NCBI RefSeq assembly: GCF_006345805.1
Contig: NC_043009.1
Span: forward strand, 71,858,001-71,922,000
Source: Octopus sinensis
Lineage: Eukaryota
Length of the DNA stretch: 64,000 nucleotides
Reading direction: 5' to 3'
A model generated the notes under the pieces. That model had not been told where the DNA came from. It ran no database searches and saw nothing but the letters and a program-made list of their open reading frames with translations. The translations under genes were made by a program, and so were the position numbers. Below, piece by piece: positions 13,185 through 27,339 of this stretch; within the stretch, counting starts at the first letter, position 1, and every line of letters begins with the position of its first letter.

Positions 13185-16019
13185 AATGAAGTGAAACAAA
13201 ATGTTTTGATATTGCTTAACACACAGGCTTCAGGTTTGCATTTTACACAACAGGAAATGCTTCAGTTACACATTTGACTTGAGCTCAACATTCTGGTACC
13301 ATGCACTGCTTCTTAAGGTAATATGAAATATACATATATCATCATTGTTCAACGTCCATTTTCCATGCTAGCATGGGTTGGATGGTTCGACTGGGGACTG
13401 GGAAGCCAGGAGGCTGTACCAGGCACCAGTCTGATCTGGCAGTATTTCTACAGCTGGATGCCCTTCCTAATGCCAACCACTCCGAGAGTGTAGTGGGTAC
13501 TTTTTATGTGCCACTGGCACAGGGGCCAGAGGGGGCTGGCAACGACCATGATTGGTTGCTGCTTTTTACATGCCACTGGCACGGAAGGCAGTCAAGGTGG
13601 CACTTGTATCAGCCACGTTCTGATGGTGCATTTTATGTGCCACTGGCACCAGGACCACAACTACAATTTCCATTTGATTGTGATTTTGATGAAATATATA
13701 TGTATCTATGTATATAGTATGTAGGTATCTATGTATATGTATGTAGGTATGCATGTATGTGTATGTATACTACTACCATTACTTAGTTATGAGGATGTAA
13801 ACAAACCAAGTGGTGTTTGAGGGATATACACAAAGACCACACACACATCTATACATATAGATGTGTGTGTGTGTAACGATGTCCTGCTTCAGTTGGCCTA
13901 CCTGAAGAGTAAAGTAAAAAGTTCTGTTTCAGTCTCCTTGTTGAATGATGAAGCTGGTTTAAACCCCTAAAAATTCAAATTGCTCCATCAAATCTAATCC
14001 TTATTTATTCACATTGTTTCCGAATTAATCAAGCATTATCTTTTGGCTTTGAGATTTCAATGATGTGATTGTTTATTTTTAGAATGACATTGTAGGGTAG
14101 GTGTGAGGAGCTGGATCTGACCAGTTTGAGCATAAAACAAGTTGAGGCCCACAAATGGTTTGTTGAAATGCTGAGACAGGAGACATTTAAATATCAAATA
14201 TTAAGACTCCCTTTGCTTCCGTAGGAAATATATTTAAATGATTCAGAGCAGATTAGTCTGGCCTCATAGTGGTCAACTGACTTCTTATCAATTGCAGCCA
14301 AATGTCCTTTGAATCGTGTCTAAGAATTTTTAAAGAAAGAACGCAGTGGATAATATAGCCCTAGGTACATTATCTCTAAAAAGAACAGGAGTCTGTTATA
14401 ACCCTGACACATTTGATTCTCAATCTGCTTGATCAAAGCTGAACTTCATTGACCCAGAAATTTTGTGCTTTTTTTTTTTGATGGGGGTGAAATCTTTCCA
14501 GAACAATGTCACAAAGACTGTCAGGTGAAATTGAAGGGAAGGAGACACAACTGAATAGAAATAAAATGAATTTTAATAAAAACAAAAATGTTACCATGGA
14601 AACATATGATTATCTCCATTTCAGTTTTATACTCAAATGGAAATGAATATTTGACCCTTGATTAATCAAAAGGAAAACAAAAGGAATATTTTTCATCTTT
14701 TTTATTTGTGATGGTTGACAGTGGGACAATAATATGGTGACAGCCAGCTGACCAGAACCAGCAAACGATTTGTATAAGGTCTTTGCAATGCAATTTAATG
14801 TGTTTGATAGAGAGAGAAACCAATATCTAAAATGAACCGTGTTACTATCAACCTATGCACGTGTGTGTTTGTGTGGCTGTTCTATTTCTGCTTTGAGTAT
14901 TTCAATGGATTTTACACAACCTTCTCTTACAGCCATCAATATCTGAAATTTTTTTTTAAATGTCTCCATATATCTCAAAGATATTCCTCTTGCATTTGTC
15001 CTCCATTTTCCATGGAATCTGTGGCTTGCCTAACATGACACATTGAACAGAACTGGGTTGTCTAAATTCATATTCAAAATAACTGGCTAAAAAAATAGAA
15101 AACAAAATAGAAAATGGTTTATTCTGCTCGGCAATTTAAAAAAAAAAAGTTATTTAAACTGCCAAGCTTCACTAAGATCTGAGACTCCCAAATGAACGCA
15201 AAAGTAGTGAAGCAAATAGAAAAAGAGGAAATTAGTGAGAGATAATTGTTTGCTGATTGAATATATTGGATGTGTAGATAAGATAATGGTGATGCACTGG
15301 AATCTATGATTAACACCAATTTCTAGCTCTTTGGAAACGAAGCCAACTCTTTTACAAGAACAAAAAAAATTAACGAAGAACAACGCCATTGAAACACTTA
15401 AGGAGTTGCATAGTTTAGATGTGGCATTGTGTGATATAGACTGCACACACACATGCACAAACACACGCACATGCAGGCACACACACACTCATACACAAAC
15501 AGACACACACACACATGCATTACGGAGCAGAAGTGATAACTTACAACACCAAATCTTCGATTTCCTTTCCATGAATAGGAGGTCTTAACCCCAAAATATT
15601 AAAATATTAGATAAAAGCACAAACCATTGTCTTATCTTAATTTCTTATAACTGACATTGTTTTAGCTTTTCAAGAAAATAAAAACACTTAAGAAGTTATT
15701 ATTTAAAAGGCTATAAAAAATATCTCCATAGATGCAAAAAGATCTATTCTGATCACTGTTACATCGTTTTGTCTTGAAAATAGAAAGGTTGCAGGATCAG
15801 ACTCATTGCTCTCAAATGTTTATTGCTTATATTTATGTTTTATTCTCTCACTCTCTCTCAAACTCTTTTACTCATTCTCTTTCATCTCCCCCTCCTCTTC
15901 TTCCACTCTGTCCTTATTTTCTTTCTTTCTCTTCATTCTCTTCCTCTTCATCTTGCTGCTATACGTTTTGACAACTCACTGACTAATCAAAATTTCTGTA
16001 TTCTTCTTCTTCTTTACAG

Positions 16020-16107
16020 AAAAAGCCATTGTTTGTGGAATCCAGTGCAAATGTAACAATAGAAGCCAGAGACAAAACTGGTGCTGTAACGAACCAATTA
16101 ATTATAG
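16020..16107 (+). CDS. SGCD/SGCZ-like: Sarcoglycan exon (KKPLFVESSANVTIEARDKTGAVTNQLII-G)
   Basis: tctttacag| ... |gtgagt, 88 nt, phase 0-1. Contains the NVT N-glycosylation sequon found at this position in sarcoglycans. Confidence 0.9.
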
Positions 16108-17576
16108 GTGAGTACTAATCATAGCAGGGCTTCCACATATGGTGTGACTGAGGAGAGTGGAATACAAGACAACTTGCCAAAAGTTTGATGGTTTCTATTT
16201 TGTTCACCAAGAGTGTCACCAACAAGAGCCAAAGAGGTCACAGGTGACAACTGGAACCAATGTAGCCCAAATCACTACAAGGAAAATTGGAACCAAACTA
16301 ACCTAGGTCACTAAGATGTAAATAAGGGACTAAAGGGTCCCAGATCAGCATAAATAAACTAAAGGGGCTGAGTCTACAAAAATAGGGACCAAAGATAAGA
16401 CAAAAATAGGGACCAAAGCAGCTAAGGTCATTGAGGTGCAAACTGAGACTGATCACTGGAAGTCAGTCAAGAATGGAAAAATTACTGAATAATTTCCTTC
16501 AGTTATGGTATTAGGTTGTTATATCTACTTGTGTGCATTACAATGTACACATATAATAATTTTTCATAGATCTGGTAATAAAGACTATGCTTCAGATCAT
16601 AGTTAAATTTTCATCTGCACTGAGGAGGTCAAATAAAACCAAAACATAACTGAAGTTGTTTCTGTATCTATAAAATTAATGTTTCCCTCGCAGAATATTT
16701 GAGATTTTGACATCCAGAGTCGTCTCCCCTGCATCTTTTGAGGTAAATGGAATCAGTGACTCCATGTTTAACTACCTCTCCTTAATCAAGGTAGAGTCAC
16801 GAGTGATTAAAGCTACCAAGCCCACCACTACAAAACCAGATCCGTTAATGTTAACATATTCAACTGGAAGTTGATATTCATATATTAAAAGCAAAGAACA
16901 TTAACTATTTAGACCAATAACTGAATTATTTTAATTTGGTTAGGCCAGTATGGGAGACAACTCTAAACATGTTGCAGTCTTATGACCATCCTCAGCTAAA
17001 ATACACTTGACAAAAGTAGAAATCACAAAATAAAATTGTTTGCAGATTAAATTAGGCTCAGATATGTGAACTGCTTAAAAAGGTAATGGTTAAAGTTAAT
17101 CTTAGCATTTCAACAAATGGAACATTACAACAACTATAGTTCGGTGAATGAAACGGTGCCTGGGAAAATGAAAAACCTAAAATCAGCTTCAAAATGTGCC
17201 ATGACAAATAATAATGTTCCTTGATAATAACTAATGTTATTTTCACTTGTTGAAATAATTAATGTCAACCAATGAGCTGATATTGCCTTGCTATCATCAT
17301 AGACACGTTCCCAATTCGGAATTTAATAATTCAGTTCGCTGGCGGTGATGATGATAATGATGGTGATGACGATTTCTTTTGCAGGTAACAAGTGTCCAAA
17401 CTATTGATAACAAATATTCCAAACAAGAACATTCCATTCCATTATTCCTCTTCACTTTTACTCTCTTTCACTCTGTTATTTGTTTTCTAAATCAATTTCT
17501 ACTTAAAATATTTGTTTAAATTCAATTTTGTTTGTTTTCTTTTGTGTTTTAATTTTTCTTCTTGTAATTTCCTCAG

Positions 17577-17696
17577 GAGAGAACAACATAGAATCCAGAG
17601 GTGATAGATTTGAAATCAAAGACAAAAAAGGACGAGAAAGTTTGGTTATTACAAGAGATCATATAGAACTGTATCGCAGTAAATTAGTACAAAAAG
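17577..17696 (+). CDS. SGCD/SGCZ-like: Sarcoglycan exon (G-ENNIESRGDRFEIKDKKGRESLVITRDHIELYRSKLVQK-G)
   Basis: tttcctcag| ... |gtcaga, 120 nt, phase 1-1, in frame with neighbouring exons. Confidence 0.85.
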
Positions 17697-18678
17697 GTCA
17701 GAAATTTTAACAACAGCATAAACATCAAATCTTCTTTGCTCTGCTTCTCTGCTTTCATTGATTTTTCTTCTGACAGTGAAGCATTCATATGTTAAGGGTT
17801 AACGGCAGATTTGATGTTCAAGTCACAGATAATTTTCATGCTATTCTGATGGTATTTAATTAAAATGCATTAAAGTAAATGTGTCTTTGCACCACAATTA
17901 ACTCTTAAGAAAACATTCAACTGTGGAATTGTTTTTAAATGCAGCACAAGGCCAGCAATTTAAGGGAAGGGGTTAGTTGATTGTGATCCCATCATCAATG
18001 ATGACTATATTTTATTGACCCTGAAAGGAGGAAGAGCCTCAGTGGGTTTTGAACTCAAAATGCAAAGAGCCAGAATAAAAACTGTAAAGGATTTCTTTGG
18101 ACATTATTTCCTCTCAACAACTTTGAGGCTCAGACTTACACACAGGCAACGGTTGCACTTTCTGGCTCGAAGCACAACTCTTGGTGCTTCTCTTTGTGAA
18201 TCTGTGAAATGGCACAGAACAGGAATCACTGTGGTCTTTGGAAGTCATTTGGTCTGTCATCTCCATATAGACTCCAGCAGATGATGTGATGGGTTTCTCT
18301 TGAAATACATCACACACACCCACGTGCGCACATACACTCACACTCACACACACACACACACACATGCACACACGCACACAAAAGATCTTTTCTAGGGAAG
18401 TAGACATTAAAGCGATGATGATAATGATGATGATGATGATGATGATGGCAACAGTGACAACGACGATGATGGATGAATGAATGAAATAAGAGAGAACCAA
18501 TCAGAAGAGAACAGGCTATCAGAAGAGAACCAATCAGAAGAGAGCAGGCTATCGGATAAAAACCAGTAAACCAGAATACAATATTTGATACTAAATTCCA
18601 AGCTGAAACTTTTCTGTAAAATAACGCTTCAGCATTGAAGCAAACCAACTTTTCTTTAAAAAGAAGGAAAATATATGA

Positions 18679-18906
18679 TTAAACCTTTTGTTACTATATT
18701 TCTGTTGAGATGCTCTGTGTTTCTTTCAATTACTTAAATATAACAAAGAATTTAGTAAAATGACTTAGTTATCATTAAGTTAGTGTTAGGAACATAAATT
18801 GTGACTAAGGTTTGGTGGCAGATTTTAATTCAGAACTTTTGAAAACAAGACATTTGTACTACAGGGCCAGAGCCGGTTTCAGCCGGGTTGGTAACAAAAG
18901 GGTTAA
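18679..18906. mobile_element. piggyBac-like MITE (~228 bp)
   Basis: TTAA-accttttgttac ... gtaacaaaagggTTAA terminal inverted repeats with TTAA at both ends. Confidence 0.7.
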
Positions 18907-21410
18907 AGAGAAGCCAGAACATTTCGAATCATTTAGTGAACGAGAGGGAAACATCAACTGTTGGTTGATGATGTCTGACAAATATTCTTTAACTTTTACC
19001 ATTGCTCATACGAATCTTGTAAGAATTTCATTCACATCTAAGTGCGTTGTACTTAAGGGCAACCCCTCTCAAAACATCAGCAACATCAAGTGAAGGAGAT
19101 TCAAAATTCTATGATTGCCATCTTAATTTTAATTTAGTACAACAATGTCTTACGTATATTTTTAGAAGAGATGGAGATGCGACACACACACACTGGCAAT
19201 AAGGATCAAGAAAGATGAAACAGTTTTCATCCAACATTTGAAACCCTTTCATAATCCAAGACTGTGTAAAGAATTAAAATTCTACAAAGTATCAAACGAG
19301 AAGAAAGTTTAATTCATTCTTTTCTGCTCTAGGCACAAAGCCTGAATTTTTTTTTTTTTGTGGGGGTGGGGGGCAGTCGATTACATCTACCCCAGTACAC
19401 AACTGGTACTTAATTTATCGACCCCCAAAAGGATGAATGGCAAAGTCGACCTTGGCGGAATTTGAACTCAGAATGTAAAGACAGGCAAGATACCATGAAG
19501 CATTTCACCCGGCATGCTAATAATACGGCCAGCTCACTGCCTTGAAAGTTCAATTTATTAAATGGCTGAAGTTGGCATCGTACGACCTCTGTCAGACTGA
19601 AAATACCTAAGAAAAAATAATTATTTTAAATCTGCGAACAAACCATTACCTACCAATTAAAGGAAAGATTATTCGAAAGAATCTAAGAACATTTCACTAA
19701 TTTACTGAATTAATGAGTTTGTTGTTGTTATTGTTGTCATTCCACAAAATCCTTTCATTTCACCTTTGTGGAAAACTGTTATATAAAGTATTGTCCCCGT
19801 ATGTCAAGTATAATCAGTTATCAAGTGACTTAAGATATAATTAATTACTTTAACTTGTTAATTAACATATGATTGAAATGAAATGTAACATTATTCCAAT
19901 GACTGCTTTTGCCTATGACCAATTAAAAATACACTTCAGTTTCACTTCCAGATATATTTATCATTTCCGAATTCCTTTTTTTGAAAACACTAAATGCCTA
20001 ATTCAAAAAGAAATTCAACATGCTACATCTTTTTGCCAGGAAAATGTGGAATCGGTTTTAGACATAAACAATTGATATATTGGTATGACTGAGTCTTGAG
20101 ACTAAAAGGAAGGTTCATCTAATTTCGAAATTTAAACTTGAGAAAAATTTGTCAAAAAAACAGAAAGCAATGAATTAAAAAGACTCTTATCTAAATTAAT
20201 GACGGAATAATTTTATTTAATTACCATTTATCATTTCCTTATTTATAACCCAGTTCTACTGATAAATGGATTCTACTTCTTTGGTTTCTTTCCCAAGAAT
20301 ATTCTTTTTATTTATTTTTGTTCTGTTTACGAGAAACAAAAATAAAAAACAGGACCAAAACAGAAGTGTTTTTATTTTTTTTTGTTTGCAATTAGAAAAA
20401 AATGATAAATTCTTATTTAATTTATGAAGCCATAAATATAAGTGAATATGAGTATTTCAAATGACCAAACTGTTTATCTGAATGGATGAGGATGTGTGAA
20501 GAGGATGTGTGAAGGCTATTGAGAGGCTAATGGAACAAAACTGTGACAAAAAGAACACAAGACATTTTCAGCAGACACATTTAAATATCTAATAAACTTC
20601 TACCATGGAGCCATGGATATTCTGTGACTATTTGATGATGGTAGCTGTTTAGTATTATCTGATGACTTCATGGAAGGTATGAAACATGTTTAGGAGGAAA
20701 CATGGAGGATGCAGGCTTGCTTTTGGGATCAACATCATCATCATCATCATCATCATCGTTTAACGTCCATTTTTCCATGTTGGCATGAGTCAGATCAAAG
20801 TTTATTGAAGCAGATTTTCCATGACTGGATGCCATTCCTGTCACCAAGCATCACCTGCTTCTAAGCAAGGTGATATTTCCCCAGGGATGGTCATGTTTCT
20901 GCAGAACATTGGGAATAAACGACACTGCTTCTATGACAGTGGCGCTCATTTTACCACTGTCATGCAATGTCAAGACAAGGAGGCACGAATGCCCCCCTGC
21001 CATATATATATATATAAATATATATATATAGCCCAAAAGTAAGTTTACTATTATCACGTAGGCATTTTAGATTTCTTTTAAGACATTTTATTGCATTTAA
21101 ATTTATATCCTACAAATTGAAAAGGGAGCTTGAAAAAATTAACTAAATTAGCAGAGAATAATGGTTTCATTTTTTTATATAATTAAGATATAAGCTGTTA
21201 ATATATGAATGCGAAAGAGAGATAGGTGAATAACTGTAAGCCTACTTTTGGGCCACCCTGTATATATAAGTACCCAATGCATTGAGGGCTCATAGGGCAA
21301 AACACTTGAAAATCACCCAAAACTGTTTCCCTAAACTCCATAACTTGAATCAAAATCCAAATGAAGCCAATTCCATTATAATATATTTTCTTTTTGTCTT
21401 TTCAATCCAG

Positions 21411-21477
21411 GCAAAGCCATCTTTAATGGTTCCATTGAAACACCAACAGTGCATTCGCCAAACAATAGACCCTTGCT
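21411..21477 (+). CDS. SGCD/SGCZ-like: Sarcoglycan exon (G-KAIFNGSIETPTVHSPNNRPL-L)
   Basis: ttttcaatccag| ... |gtaaga, 67 nt, phase 1-2. SIETP matches the sarcoglycan S(V/I)ETP motif. Confidence 0.88.
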
Positions 21478-22141
21478 GTAAGAAAACGTTTTCTCATTGT
21501 TTTTCAATTATTATTTTGTTATTCAAACTCCAAAATATAGATTTTGGCTAATTTTTAGTTTTGTGTGAGTGTTTTTCTTTTTTACAATTTTGTCCTGCAT
21601 TAGTTTATATCTGGTACATGGGTATGCAGGTACATGGGTACATGGGTATGCAGGTACATGGGTACATGGACATGGATAGGATAGTACAGTTAAAGTTTTT
21701 GTCCAACCTGCTTGGATTGTTGTTACTTTTTGGCTTCTTCTCAACTCTGATTGGTTACCAGTCATGATGATGTCATCTTATCTTTCTAGAACTACATTAT
21801 CCAATGTTAATTGTTGTTAGGGACACCATATTTCAACATAGACTGGGGATGTGTTTGGTGTGTAAACTGGTGTCACCCATTGTGGTACATGGAAGATATC
21901 CAAGCACTGTGTGCATGGGTGGTGAAAGGGTTTTTGGTGCCGCAGAAGCAACTAGAACTTCTGAAATATGGATGATACACCCATTACTTATCTTTCAGTA
22001 GATAAGAGTTGTAATTCCTCTCCTGCGATTCCCTCACCCTCTGCACCACACCCCCATTGTTAAATCCAAAGTGTTTAAAGGTTTTCAATTATTTTCATTA
22101 AAATAAATAATAATTTCTATTCAATTTTTTTTATTATCTAG

Positions 22142-22265
22142 AATTGAAGCACCAGACGGCCAAGTGAAGCTGGTTGGTCACACGGGCGTTAACTTAATTT
22201 CAGCTTCAGGAAAAGTGGAGTTGAAGAGTTCACAGGACATCAGCTTCCATTCTGGTAAATCTTTT
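22142..22265 (+). CDS. SGCD/SGCZ-like: Sarcoglycan exon (L-IEAPDGQVKLVGHTGVNLISASGKVELKSSQDISFHSGKSF)
   Basis: ttattatctag| ... |gtaagt, 124 nt, phase 2-0. Aligns by eye to LESPTRSLxMxAPxGVxIxAxAGxxExxSxxDIxFHS. Confidence 0.9.
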
Positions 22266-23833
22266 GTAAGTAAAAGACCATATTGTTTTTGTTTAGTCCA
22301 AGATCAGCCTTCATCCAGCTGATCTGTGACTGAGGACATTCCAACCACAATGGCATTTTTTCCCAGGACCTTTGTATATCTTGTATGACATTATTCCATA
22401 TCTCCTTTGTTTTTATGATAGTAAGATATAATTTAAGGGAGATTTCTAGCAGACAGAGAAATTGTAAAAAAAACTCATTTATTAAACCCTGTTGCTATAA
22501 CTACTTTACTCAGAGCCTCCTGATCAAAGCAGTTATGTTACATAGACATACGCAATGAAACTTTGGTTTACAAACAGCTCTCATCAAAAACAAATCAGTT
22601 TATGAACAATTTTTGGAACATAAAACATCTGAGGGTATGACCAACGTCTTGAGTAACAAACACACAAGCTGACAATGGCAGCTGGCAACAAGCTGTGAGT
22701 CTCAAACGCATCAGATGGCATCGAACTTTCACTCAGTGCATGTCTCTGCAGGAATTTGCCAAGCATTCTCTTGAATTTCTTAGAGAAAAAAGTGGTTTCC
22801 TATGGAAAAAGTGGTTTCAGGAATGAATTAAATTCATAAGCCAAGATTCCACTGTATATAGCCATAGGCTTATCAGAGACATTCATAGGTATATGTTACA
22901 TGGAGACATACACAGAGACATCTGTTGATGAGACATGGCTCTAAGATATTTCTTCCAAGTTGTCTCCTCTTTGTCTATGTTGACATTTAAGTGAAACCTA
23001 TTTTGTTTCTTGTGTTACATTTTCCTTTGCTTATATGAGAGGAGGTTATGCTGTGAGCTTTTGTTTTTACAGCTGGATGCCCTTCCTATTGCTAACAACT
23101 CAGCTGAGTAACCTGAGATACAGGATAATGTCTGTAAGAAGGTCGGTTGTTGTCCAGCACTTTCAATCATTGTACGTCCACAATCAAATGTATTTTGCCA
23201 GAATCTGAAAATAGGGGTTAAAATGGATATTATTGTTGTGTTTTGGAAGGTGCTGTGATACAACCATTAATGATATATTAATACATTCATAGCAAAGAGC
23301 ATTAAAAAACAAACAGGTAATATAAAAATTATCTTCAGTTTTTCAACACATATGGGAGGTAATTCCAAATATGTTTAAGTCTTATTCTAACTTCATCAGC
23401 AGAGCATTGACTTTATTATACTTACCAAAGCATTGATGAAGGAGTCACCAAGAAATCTGAAAGATTATTTACTTGTTATTTTGCCAAATGCAAGAGACAA
23501 CATAGGACATGTTTCAATTTTATGATTAACTCATCAGTGAACCATAAATTTTACCATACTTGTTGGAATAGTGATAAAAAAATAATTAGGTAAATATACA
23601 ATATTGTACATTTGTAAGAAAACAAAATTGTTTGGAAATGAAATAATTCAATGAAACTTTCCACACAAAGAATGGAAGTTATGTTAGTAGCAAAGATTGA
23701 AACTCTAACTTGATACAATTATATAGCAACCATTGATGATAAGTATATTTTAGTTGCTTTCTTTAATTTATATTTATTCTATTTTAAATTTTTTTTAAAT
23801 ATTGCTTTATTTCTTCTTTTTTTTTTTTGACAG

Positions 23834-24013
23834 ATTTCATTTGATGCCAAAGGTATTTACCTAAAAAATTTGAAGATAAATCGAGACACAGGTGGCAATT
23901 CTACCAACTTTAATGCAAAAGTCTTCCAGTTGTGTATGTGCAATACAGGCCGGTTATTCCTGGCACCACCAACAGAAGAATGTATGGCAACAAATGATGC
24001 CTGTCGAAGATAA
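23834..24013 (+). CDS. SGCD/SGCZ-like: Sarcoglycan terminal coding exon (ISFDAKGIYL...VFQLCMCNTGRLFLAPPTEECMATNDACRR*)
   Basis: Poly-T acceptor ttgacag|, 180 nt to TAA at 24011-24013. Carries the C-terminal CxC...C...C cysteine cluster of beta/gamma/delta/zeta sarcoglycans. The six exons total 681 nt with no internal stop. Confidence 0.92.
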   Translation: MSFDAKGIYLKNLKINRDTGGNSTNFNAKVFQLCMCNTGRLFLAPPTEECMATNDACRR

Positions 24014-24235
24014 CAAGATTTCACTAACAAATCTCACTTCCTAATCACATAAACTTCTTACTTGAGTGTTTCCCAGCATCACAAGCACCGGAATATTTCT
24101 ATGCTGCATAACTCATGTGCCTTCATTTCTATCACAAAACACACTGCCCATAAAAAAAAAGAAGGATATATATATATATATATATATATTTGCACACTCC
24201 TGCACACACATATATATTATAGTGTGTGTATATAT

Positions 24236-24285
<50 letters not shown>

Positions 24286-24554
24286 CATATGTATTATATC
24301 ATGTTATGATATATATAATTATTATTCATTACTATTTCATTAATCAAAGTTTCTTGCTAAAAGGACATCATTGTGTTTTTTGGGAACTTAAAAGTTATGA
24401 AACAGTAATTAATTTAATTATTATGTTATAATAAGCACATTTCTCCACAATATGTATTAAAGTGCTCTTTGATATTATTTTGTAATACTACTTGCAAATA
24501 TATTGCATATACATATATATATATATACACATATATATACACACACACACACAC

Positions 24555-24587
<33 letters not shown>

Positions 24588-24926
24588 TACTTATATATAT
24601 TTATATATACATATATATTACATATATACATTACATATATGCATTACATATATATATATACATATGTATGCATGTATGTATGTATATAAAAGTTATTTGT
24701 GCATTAATAAGGCTACCATTGGTTTCATGCCAGGAGAAATCTCTCAGCAATTTTCAAGCCTGCCACCGAGATGGGGACGATTAGCAATGTTCATATGTGG
24801 CAGGCTTGATATTTATTTAGAGATTTCTCACTGCATGAAACCAATGGTAGCCTTGTTAATTTACGAATAAAGAATATTTATCTGCCACTGATTGTTGAAC
24901 ACTCATCCTGACTGTTCAGTATAAGC

Positions 24927-24960
<34 letters not shown>

Positions 24961-26143
24961 TTATACACATATGGTGGTGGATCTCTGTCATTTGATGATG
25001 ATGGTGATGATTCAGTCGTTTGATCTACTGAATTATCTGCTCCTGCATTAAATATAAGTGGTTGAGTATTCCACAGACAGATATACCTTTAACATATTTG
25101 TCAGTCAGAATCAGTGTGACAAGGCTGTGCCTTTTGAATTACTGGTACCAAACCAACAACTGGGTTTCCGTACAGTCTCTGTCCAGCCAGTTTTTCTCGT
25201 AGGATATGAGCGGATGAGAGTCATTAGAAATGACATTTTCCCAAGATGGCGCACACCGAATTCAAATTCAGGACTTCATGGTTGCAAACAGTGAACTTCT
25301 TAACTAATCAATCATACAATGCTTACACACACATACACACACGTGCACACACACACACACACTCCTAAATACTCATATGCCCAGATACATGTACATACAT
25401 ATATATACACAGACACAAAATATACCTTAAAAGCCAGAGAATTGTTCTGGTTTTGAAAATAAAATACCATTAACGGACTTTTTTCTTGTTTTTTTCTTCT
25501 CAGCCTCCTGTGTAAAGGAGAGGAGGGGAAACTAAATATAAAATAAATACTAAAATACTAAAAATAATAATAACGATAACAAATGATGAAATACCTTGCT
25601 ACTGAACACTTGAACAAGCAAGACAACAATAACAACAACAACAATAACAAGAAAGATTGGACTAAAATCTAACAAAAAAACAAAAACAAACTTTGTGTGT
25701 TTGAAATAAATAAATTTTTAAAAAACAAAAATAAATCTTGTCTAATTATGAAAACAATAAGTTCATTGAGTAATTAATTAGTCGATCCCCCCCACTCACT
25801 TGCACTCCTGTTTCTCTTTGTATTTTGGAGAAAAAGAAAAAAAAAGCATTGTACGGATTTTATTATTATTTATTTATTTATTTTCTTTTAAACTCTGTGT
25901 TTTGAGGCCATCCATCAGAATGGTTTGAGTTCCAAAGCTTTGGGTTGATTGATGCCATTGAAACTGAAGGGACTCAGTGTTTCATCCACCGGAAACTTGT
26001 AGCCAATAACAAATATTATTGTTTACTAAATGGAAACTGTAGAGAAACTTAGTGTATATGTGTGTGCATGTGTATACACACACAAACACACACACACACA
26101 TGTATATATATATATCAGTGAAAGACAACACATCATAAGGAAA

Positions 26144-27227
26144 TCTATATATATAAAACTCAACTTGTGTGTCTGTGTGTTTAACTTCCCGGCACATCTC
26201 CTCCTAGCCAACAAATCGTAGAACCACCAAAAATGGGTCACTTAAAGTTTAGGCAAATGAAAATTGAACTGCGCTATTTCTGTTCCGAAATTCATCTCAC
26301 AAGTGCAAAAATCGATAATGTGTTTGTTTAGGCCTTATCCCATGCATTGAATAGTGAACTTTACTCAGTCAGCTGTTTGACGTGAACTGTGTTCACCACG
26401 CGTGCAAGCATGCGTAAATTGCATGAAAAATAAGAAATCAAGATATAAAAACGAATCGCCGTAAACATTGTAGAAATTCGGCAAAGAAATGAATTTTCGG
26501 GATGTAGCCTGGAGGGTTTTTTTGTATTAATCGTTTGGACTTTGTGATCACATACCAATTGTTTTCATAACATTTTTAACGCTTTGAATTAAATGTAACC
26601 ATTTTGTGTTGAGTCTGCAGTTTGAATCACTTTAACCAAGTTTTAGCAGGCCGGATTTTTGATCATCACGATACATCGCCAGCAACTCCCTGAAACTCTC
26701 CCCTGAAATCCCCGTTGAGAAATCTATATATATAAAACTCAACTTGTGTATCTGTGTGTGTATCTGTGTGTGTGTCTGTGTGTTTAACTTTTGGATCTAC
26801 CAAGTTTCATTATTAAGGATGGAAAGTAGTGTGTAGCAAATCTATATATATAAAGCTGAAGTTGTCTGTGTGTGGCAGGTTTGGTAGCCTTCAACTAACA
26901 CTATCTCCTTCGAGACCCTGCAGTGCAAGTTGACCAAAATTGAGAGTATGATAGAAGAAGGCTTGCTCTTCATTCTGTAGAAGATAAAATTCAAATCGGA
27001 CCATGTTAACACCAAAAATTATTTACATCAATAAGGTGCTTTTTTTTCTATGAAAATCCCTATTTTTTACGAATTTTGACTGCTGTGTCACCATTTTTCG
27101 ATGTATTTCAACTGGAAAAATGTTCACTTGAAGAGAATAAGTTGCATAATGCAAAATTTTTACTTTTCAAAAATTCCAATTCTAAAGGGTCGAAACAAAC
27201 CCAAGCAACACCGGGTGATACTGCAAG
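26144..27227 (+). mobile_element. Helitron-like non-autonomous sequence with three 5' termini (26144, 26723, 26841) and one 3' end
   Basis: a|TCtatatatataaa(a/g)ct.aa.ttg 5' ends. 3' end acccaagcaacaccgggtgatactgCAAG|t resembles the GC-rich hairpin plus CTAG terminus. Confidence 0.6.
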
Positions 27228-27339
27228 TTATCAATAAAATGTTGGACAAAAATCCTTTATGTTATTTATTGCTCCCAAATTACAAAAACTCCTTCTTTTG
27301 TCTTCTTTGGAATGAAAAACCATTTTCAAAAAGGCTTAC

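Noticed and set aside
18487-18556. Short tandem duplication (~32 bp) containing CCAAT
   Set aside because: A simple local duplication in an intron with no other promoter evidence.
21614-21674. 24-bp tandem repeat (tacatgggtatgcaggtacatggg) x2.5
   Set aside because: Ordinary small minisatellite.
23370-23560. Hammerhead-like CTGATGA motifs on the minus strand (~23392-23398 and ~23532-23538)
   Set aside because: The first has TAAA in place of GAAA and no stem I. The second has GAAACATGTC but poor stem II and no stem I complement. At most these are very decayed relics.
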